In this document: positions 15,130 through 20,000 of the stretch, one piece after another
How positions within the stretch are numbered: the first letter of the stretch is position 1
Layout: every line of letters starts with the position of its first letter
Source: an uncultured virus (IMG/VR IMGVR_UViG_3300025502_000013)
Taxonomy: Duplodnaviria; Heunggongvirae; Uroviricota; Caudoviricetes
Direction: 5' to 3' (one strand)
DNA length: 20,000 nucleotides
IMG/VR virus record: IMGVR_UViG_3300025502_000013
Position numbers and translations under genes: made by a program
The notes under the pieces: generated by a model
What the model saw: the letters and a program-made list of their open reading frames with translations, nothing else
Database searches by the model: none
Told to the model about the DNA's origin: nothing

Positions 15130-18100
15130 CTAAGCCTGTGCCTCGCCCCATGACAGTCTAGCGGAGCAGAGTGTCTCTTGACCTGTAAGACGTGCTACTG
15201 CAACGGTGAGAATGTCTGGGCCGTCTGGGAATACTGAGTCGCCGCCGAGAATAGAGTTTGACAGCTCAAACAAGTCACTCAAGTTGACGTTAGTTGCTTG
15301 CTCTTCCCCCTGGTTCCCAGATGCTTTGAAGTTGTACACCTGGATTCCGCCGGAGATGGTGTCGTTTGATGTGTGCTCAACAACCTGGACCAGCGACGGC
15401 GTCTCCACACCTGTAAAGTTCAAGTTGTTGAGTCGAGAGTTCAGCAGAACCTTCACGTCGACCAGTTGGTTTGTTTGGACACCAACCTCCTGAAGCCGGA
15501 GCTGCATTCGGTTGATAATGTCTCGGTCGCCTAGCGCACCTGTAAGACCTTCAGAAACTGAGGGGCTCAGTCGGATAGAGATAAGAGGCTGATAGTTTGT
15601 ACCAGAAGTGTTGTTTAGCGCACCCACGGGGGAGATGGTGTAGCTGGACTGAGTGTTTCCACTATTTTCGAAGTCAATCACGTCTGAGAGAACGTAACCC
15701 GTGGCAGACACAGAGCTGATGCTTCTTGCGTAGCGGTACTGGTAGTACCTAAACGTGTTGGCATCTACTATCTGGCTCACTCGTGCTACCCCGGCAAATC
15801 CGAGATAGCTTGTAGTGCTCTCTGGAATACTGATAAGGACATAATCATCCACCGAGAGACCGTGAGAGCCACTTGTGTCTACAGTCACAAGATAGTTGCT
15901 CTTGCTGATGGTGGTAATATTGGTTGCGGTCTGGGTAGCTGCCTCGAGGGAGTTAGTCATAGCAATATTATTTGTGTCAATTGCCCTAACAAAATATATA
16001 TTTTCATTAATAAGGTAGCTGTAGGGGTTGTACTCACTAATAAACCGCGTCCGAGGGTTTTGACTGTTAGACTGCGGCAGACCGTTGGTGCCTACACCCA
16101 GGAACTGAACCGAGTCCCCGCTGGCAAACCCGTGAGATGGGATGTTAATAATGTCAGTGTCCCTGTCAAGAGCGTTAGACCCGAAAGTTTTCGAGGTAGT
16201 GCCCCCGATTGACAGTGTCTGGCTGGACCTCGTGAACAGGTACGCCTTGTCGTCGTCAAATCGTCCATCCATGATGACCGAGGTACCCCAGTGAAACAGA
16301 GACGGAATGTAGGTCGGGTTATCGAAGGTTGTTACTTCATAGCGGGCTGGCAAGTTACCAGAGCGGAAGTAGGACTCATAGAGTTCGTTGTTGTGTGTAA
16401 ACTCGTGCGTGTACTGCACTTGTCCGCTAAGAGTCTTGAATCCAAAGCGGATTTTACCGGCACCGTACCAAGAGTAGTCCATGTAAATCATCTGGATTTT
16501 GGAAAGGTCAAGGTTGTACCCTGTGGGCCCAGTTCCATCAGAAGGGTCAAGGTTCCAGTCTTCTTGAGGAATTTTAGTGTCTACTGTCAGGGTCGCAATG
16601 ATTCCAGTTTTGGCAGGAGTCAGTGAGTGGGAGGTTGTTGTGCCTATATTGGAGAGGTTTACAAAGTTGACTGCGTCTGGCAAAGCTTTCAATTTGAAAG
16701 TATTGCTCGTCAAAACAGTTACATAGTACGTCCGCCCGTTGACCAGTCCGCCAATAGGCTCGCCGTCAATAGAGTTGTAGACGACCGGGATACTCTCGGT
16801 GAATCCGTGGCTCAGAATGGTGAACACGTCAGTGAGTGTTTCTACCGCGGTAGCAGGGTCAAAGATTTTTTCGGAGCCCGAGGACCCCTTGTACTCTGGC
16901 TTGATAGTGAGCCTAGAGTTCGATTCAATGCTGGCTACGCGATACGACTGTCCTCGCAACACGAGGTAGGAACCCACCTCAAGTTGTGTCATAAAGGCCG
17001 TGTTTGTGCCGAACACCCGCTCTGACCCGTTCAAGCACGCGAGTGTCCCCGCGGCTTGCTGGGTAGATGAGCGACGAACAGCGTAGAGTTTGTCCCCATC
17101 AAATTCGTAAAACATCCCGTTTTGGAAGTCGAACATACCTGCGCGAATGGCTCCGTTGCTCCACTCAGTCACGTGGAGTCTAGGGTATCCGTAGACCGTA
17201 GGCTCAACAATTTCTTGCTGAGCAATGACAGTAATGTTGAAGGAGTCAATAACTGTGACTTGGAATGTCCCATTGTATACAGGGTTGTCTACGCCAAACT
17301 GGTCTTTAGCGTCCTCGACCTGGATGGTCAAGCCATTGATAAGCCCGTGGACCCGCCTGGTACGTATCTGGATGACATTCGAGGACCCAACTCTGTACAT
17401 TGTTTCGATGTCAATGCTGGGCTTGAAGTTGACAGCAGCCGAGGTCTGGATGCCCTTACCGGACTGGTACCTAAAGTACTTACGAGTCTGGCGCACAATC
17501 TGAGCAAATGACGTCCCCGTACCAGTTGACATCTCAACACCGCCGTCAAAGGGGCGGTGAAGAGCGTACCCCTGTGGGCGCACGTAAACGAATGTTGGGT
17601 AGGAGTACGCAACATTCTCGTAGGCTGTGGTGTACGGGCGTGTTACGGTGATTTGGGTGTCCGAACCAATAGCTGCAATTTTACGAACAATGGGCGCCAC
17701 AGGGACAACATGGTTCAAGAAAAGCTGACTTCCAGACCCAGCGGTCGCAAGGTCTACAGTGTTCAAGTTTCCCACAGCGTCGACACTTGTCGAGTGGAGT
17801 GTGACAAAGTTGCTGCTGCTGGTGACTACCGACCCCGTGGCCGAGACGTTCGTAATATTGGAGCCCTCTGAGTTGAACTCAAAAGTGGTTGCCGAGGGGA
17901 CGGCAATGATGACGTGCTCGCCATTAAAGATTTCAGGACTGACTCCTGAGATATCCGCTATGGTAATAACGTTTCCAACCTGCAAGTCGTGGTCGGTGGT
18001 AGTAGTAATCCTTGCCACTTCATTTGTCCGGTAGCGTGAGGTGATGCTCCGGGAAACGGCGTCCACTATTCTGCGTGTGTAGTAGTAGCTGTTGTCAACC

Positions 18101-20000
18101 AGTGGCGCCGGGGCGACTCCTGGAGCACCTCCTTGGATAGCAAGAGCTCCAGGGTCCTGGTTTTCCACCGCAAGAGTAAAGCTCTCCGCGGCTGTATACC
18201 TAAACTCAAAAATTCCTGCATTTACTGAGGTAATAGTAAACGTTCCCTCAAAATCCGGTGCAGAGGTGCTACTCAGACCCTCAATAGAGACTGTGTCCCC
18301 GACTAGGAAACCGTGAGTCTCACTAGTTGTCATAATTCTGGTTGTGCCAGAGCTCTGGATTCGTGCGACTCCCAGCCTACGGCCACCGGAACCGGGATTG
18401 AAGACGACGGACTCACCGGTGATGAAGGGGTGAGATGCAACGAGAATCTGGTTGGTAGCGGTGTCTACGTCTGAAGACTCAAAGTAGCCTTTGTCCGCTC
18501 TGTCTTGTGGGAACAAGCGGAACGCGTCACCCACTTTGAGAATCTTGGAGAACGTAGTTCCTGTGCCATCAACAAGAACAGAATCTACTGTTGTTGCGAC
18601 TGTTCCAGTCCCCGTGACCTGCCCACTAATCTGTGAAGAAGTGAAAGTGTGCTCTGCCCCTGCACCTGTAGTTGTGATAGTCAGCGGAACCCCCGAGGCA
18701 GCGTTTTCGGCTGTGGAGGCAAGCTTGATAAAGTCTTTGTTGACCGTAATAGCAAAGTAATACGTTGCATCTACCAGCCCGCCAAGAGTTGTCCCGCCGC
18801 CGTTAGAGTACACAATTTTTGTTCCGGTCAAAAGCCCGTGGGACGCTAGACTAATAATGTTCTGGTCCAGGTCTACTGAGAACTGGGGATTAAACGTTTT
18901 GACAATTGCTGGGACTGTCCCGTTAGCTGTAACCTCAAAAGTGGTTGCAGAGGGGACATCGCTGATTTCATACGTGCCATCAGGGGTGCGGATAAGGGAC
19001 TTGAGGGTGTGTACCCCTGTGGGGACAGCATTGCTTAGCAAGTCAACAGCCACTCCGTTTTCGGAGTTGTTGAGCGTCGTAGCGAGCTTGAGTGTGTTTC
19101 CATCTATTGATATGACATAGTAGGGAGTAGCTGAAGTCAGACCACCCAGCGCAGTGCCACCGGCGGTGTCGTATTCTACAAGCTCGCCGCTGGAGAACCC
19201 GTGATTAGGGATTGTTATTGTGTCGACCACGTAGTCAATTGATTTATTGACAATCGAGTGGGCGCCCACTCCAACACCTTTAATGTCCGCAATTTCTGTG
19301 AACGAGGCGTCAGAAGACAATCTAATAGTGTTGTTGTCTACTTTTTGGGTGTAGTAGGTTTGCCTGTTATTGAGTCCAGTGATTCCTGTGTCAGTCACAG
19401 CAAAACCATTGAAAGACTCTGTGGTAATTTCTACCAAGTCAGCGAGCCCGCCGGGGTTTGCTCTCCCTGTAATCGTGTCGTCTGCATCCAATCGGATGTT
19501 TCCTGTAAGGGGGGTAGGGGAGTCTGGGACATTCTGAAGAAGACATAGTCCTGTTACCACTGCAGCCGGAATAGTACCAACGTTGTTGTTGGGGTCTACA
19601 AACTGAAGGCGGTTAGCCGCGGGGATGCCCGTGACAATGTGAGTTCCATTGAAGCTCTCAAAGTCGGACCCGGTCATGTTGCTGATAGTCACGGTGTTGC
19701 CGACTTCGAGATTGTGTGTCGTGTTTAAGGTGACATCGCAAAGGAAGGAGCTACGGTTTCTGTTCACGACACCAAAGCTTGTTACGTTAGCCACGGTGGG
19801 CCGTGTCACAGTAAAGTTGTTGCTGTCAATGTACCCGCTGACAACATACTGCCCCTCAAAGACAGTGTCGTTTCCCCCAGATATAGTGCTAGCAGTCATA
19901 GTCATACCAGGGACAAACCCGTGCTCAAATTCCGTGGTGTAGAGAGCGACGTTGTGGGATAGAAGCTGCCTGTTGACCAAAGCATAGTCGAAGTAGGGCA
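15130..20000 (-). CDS. Very large repeat-rich virion structural protein (5' end outside window)
   Basis: The frame stays open to the window edge (...PYFDYALVNRQ). Many HG[FL]xxG beta-rich modules, plus RQTRKYFRYQSGKG and MDYSWYGAGKIRFG blocks resembling aquatic phage structural proteins. Thr/Ser/Gly/Val-rich. Confidence 0.85.
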   Translation of the reverse strand, partial: PYFDYALVNRQLLSHNVALYTTEFEHGFVPGMTMTASTISGGNDTVFEGQYVVSGYIDSNNFTVTRPTVANVTSFGVVNRNRSSFLCDVTLNTTHNLEVGNTVTISNMTGSDFESFNGTHIVTGIPAANRLQFVDPNNNVGTIPAAVVTGLCLLQNVPDSPTPLTGNIRLDADDTITGRANPGGLADLVEITTESFNGFAVTDTGITGLNNRQTYYTQKVDNNTIRLSSDASFTEIADIKGVGVGAHSIVNKSIDYVVDTITIPNHGFSSGELVEYDTAGGTALGGLTSATPYYVISIDGNTLKLATTLNNSENGVAVDLLSNAVPTGVHTLKSLIRTPDGTYEISDVPSATTFEVTANGTVPAIVKTFNPQFSVDLDQNIISLASHGLLTGTKIVYSNGGGTTLGGLVDATYYFAITVNKDFIKLASTAENAASGVPLTITTTGAGAEHTFTSSQISGQVTGTGTVATTVDSVLVDGTGTTFSKILKVGDAFRLFPQDRADKGYFESSDVDTATNQILVASHPFITGESVVFNPGSGGRRLGVARIQSSGTTRIMTTSETHGFLVGDTVSIEGLSSTSAPDFEGTFTITSVNAGIFEFRYTAAESFTLAVENQDPGALAIQGGAPGVAPAPLVDNSYYYTRRIVDAVSRSITSRYRTNEVARITTTTDHDLQVGNVITIADISGVSPEIFNGEHVIIAVPSATTFEFNSEGSNITNVSATGSVVTSSSNFVTLHSTSVDAVGNLNTVDLATAGSGSQLFLNHVVPVAPIVRKIAAIGSDTQITVTRPYTTAYENVAYSYPTFVYVRPQGYALHRPFDGGVEMSTGTGTSFAQIVRQTRKYFRYQSGKGIQTSAAVNFKPSIDIETMYRVGSSNVIQIRTRRVHGLINGLTIQVEDAKDQFGVDNPVYNGTFQVTVIDSFNITVIAQQEIVEPTVYGYPRLHVTEWSNGAIRAGMFDFQNGMFYEFDGDKLYAVRRSSTQQAAGTLACLNGSERVFGTNTAFMTQLEVGSYLVLRGQSYRVASIESNSRLTIKPEYKGSSGSEKIFDPATAVETLTDVFTILSHGFTESIPVVYNSIDGEPIGGLVNGRTYYVTVLTSNTFKLKALPDAVNFVNLSNIGTTTSHSLTPAKTGIIATLTVDTKIPQEDWNLDPSDGTGPTGYNLDLSKIQMIYMDYSWYGAGKIRFGFKTLSGQVQYTHEFTHNNELYESYFRSGNLPARYEVTTFDNPTYIPSLFHWGTSVIMDGRFDDDKAYLFTRSSQTLSIGGTTSKTFGSNALDRDTDIINIPSHGFASGDSVQFLGVGTNGLPQSNSQNPRTRFISEYNPYSYLINENIYFVRAIDTNNIAMTNSLEAATQTATNITTISKSNYLVTVDTSGSHGLSVDDYVLISIPESTTSYLGFAGVARVSQIVDANTFRYYQYRYARSISSVSATGYVLSDVIDFENSGNTQSSYTISPVGALNNTSGTNYQPLISIRLSPSVSEGLTGALGDRDIINRMQLRLQEVGVQTNQLVDVKVLLNSRLNNLNFTGVETPSLVQVVEHTSNDTISGGIQVYNFKASGNQGEEQATNVNLSDLFELSNSILGGDSVFPDGPDILTVAVARLTGQETLCSARLSWGEAQA

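Noticed and set aside
15206..19942. Many plus-strand ORFs of 66-132 aa opposite the giant gene
   Set aside because: They are shadows of a low-complexity Thr/Val/Gly-rich coding strand, with no coherent protein features.
19978..19980. TTG start of the giant ORF given by the ORF track
   Set aside because: The frame stays open to the window edge and the TTG falls inside a repeat module, so the true start is outside the window.

Overview
This 20-kb window is densely coding DNA from a tailed dsDNA phage (or prophage) that most likely infects an actinobacterium: it has two whiB genes and TANNNT-type leaderless promoters, and GC looks close to 50% by eye. The left part (51-10537, + strand) runs through a decapeptide-repeat fibre with an S74 chaperone, two hypothetical genes, a family A DNA polymerase, a RuvC-like resolvase, an SNF2 helicase, a Cas4/AddB-like exonuclease, a Sak4-like AAA ATPase, a DUF669-like SSB, and a regulatory cluster with two WhiB proteins, one fused to a zinc ribbon. 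The right part (10530-20000, - strand, convergent) encodes a >1600-aa repeat-rich virion protein cut by the window edge, two paralogous collagen-like proteins that each end in a cupredoxin-like domain with a full type-1 copper ligand set, a SAM methyltransferase, an uncalled 54-aa ORF, a GT2-TPR glycosyltransferase and a small two-TM protein. The best candidate for a new system is the GPT-collagen/cupredoxin fibre + methyltransferase + glycosyltransferase cluster, a putative virion glycan-decoration and copper-binding module. The giant protein also shows nested domain insertions. All family assignments come from motif recognition by eye, and no database searches were run.
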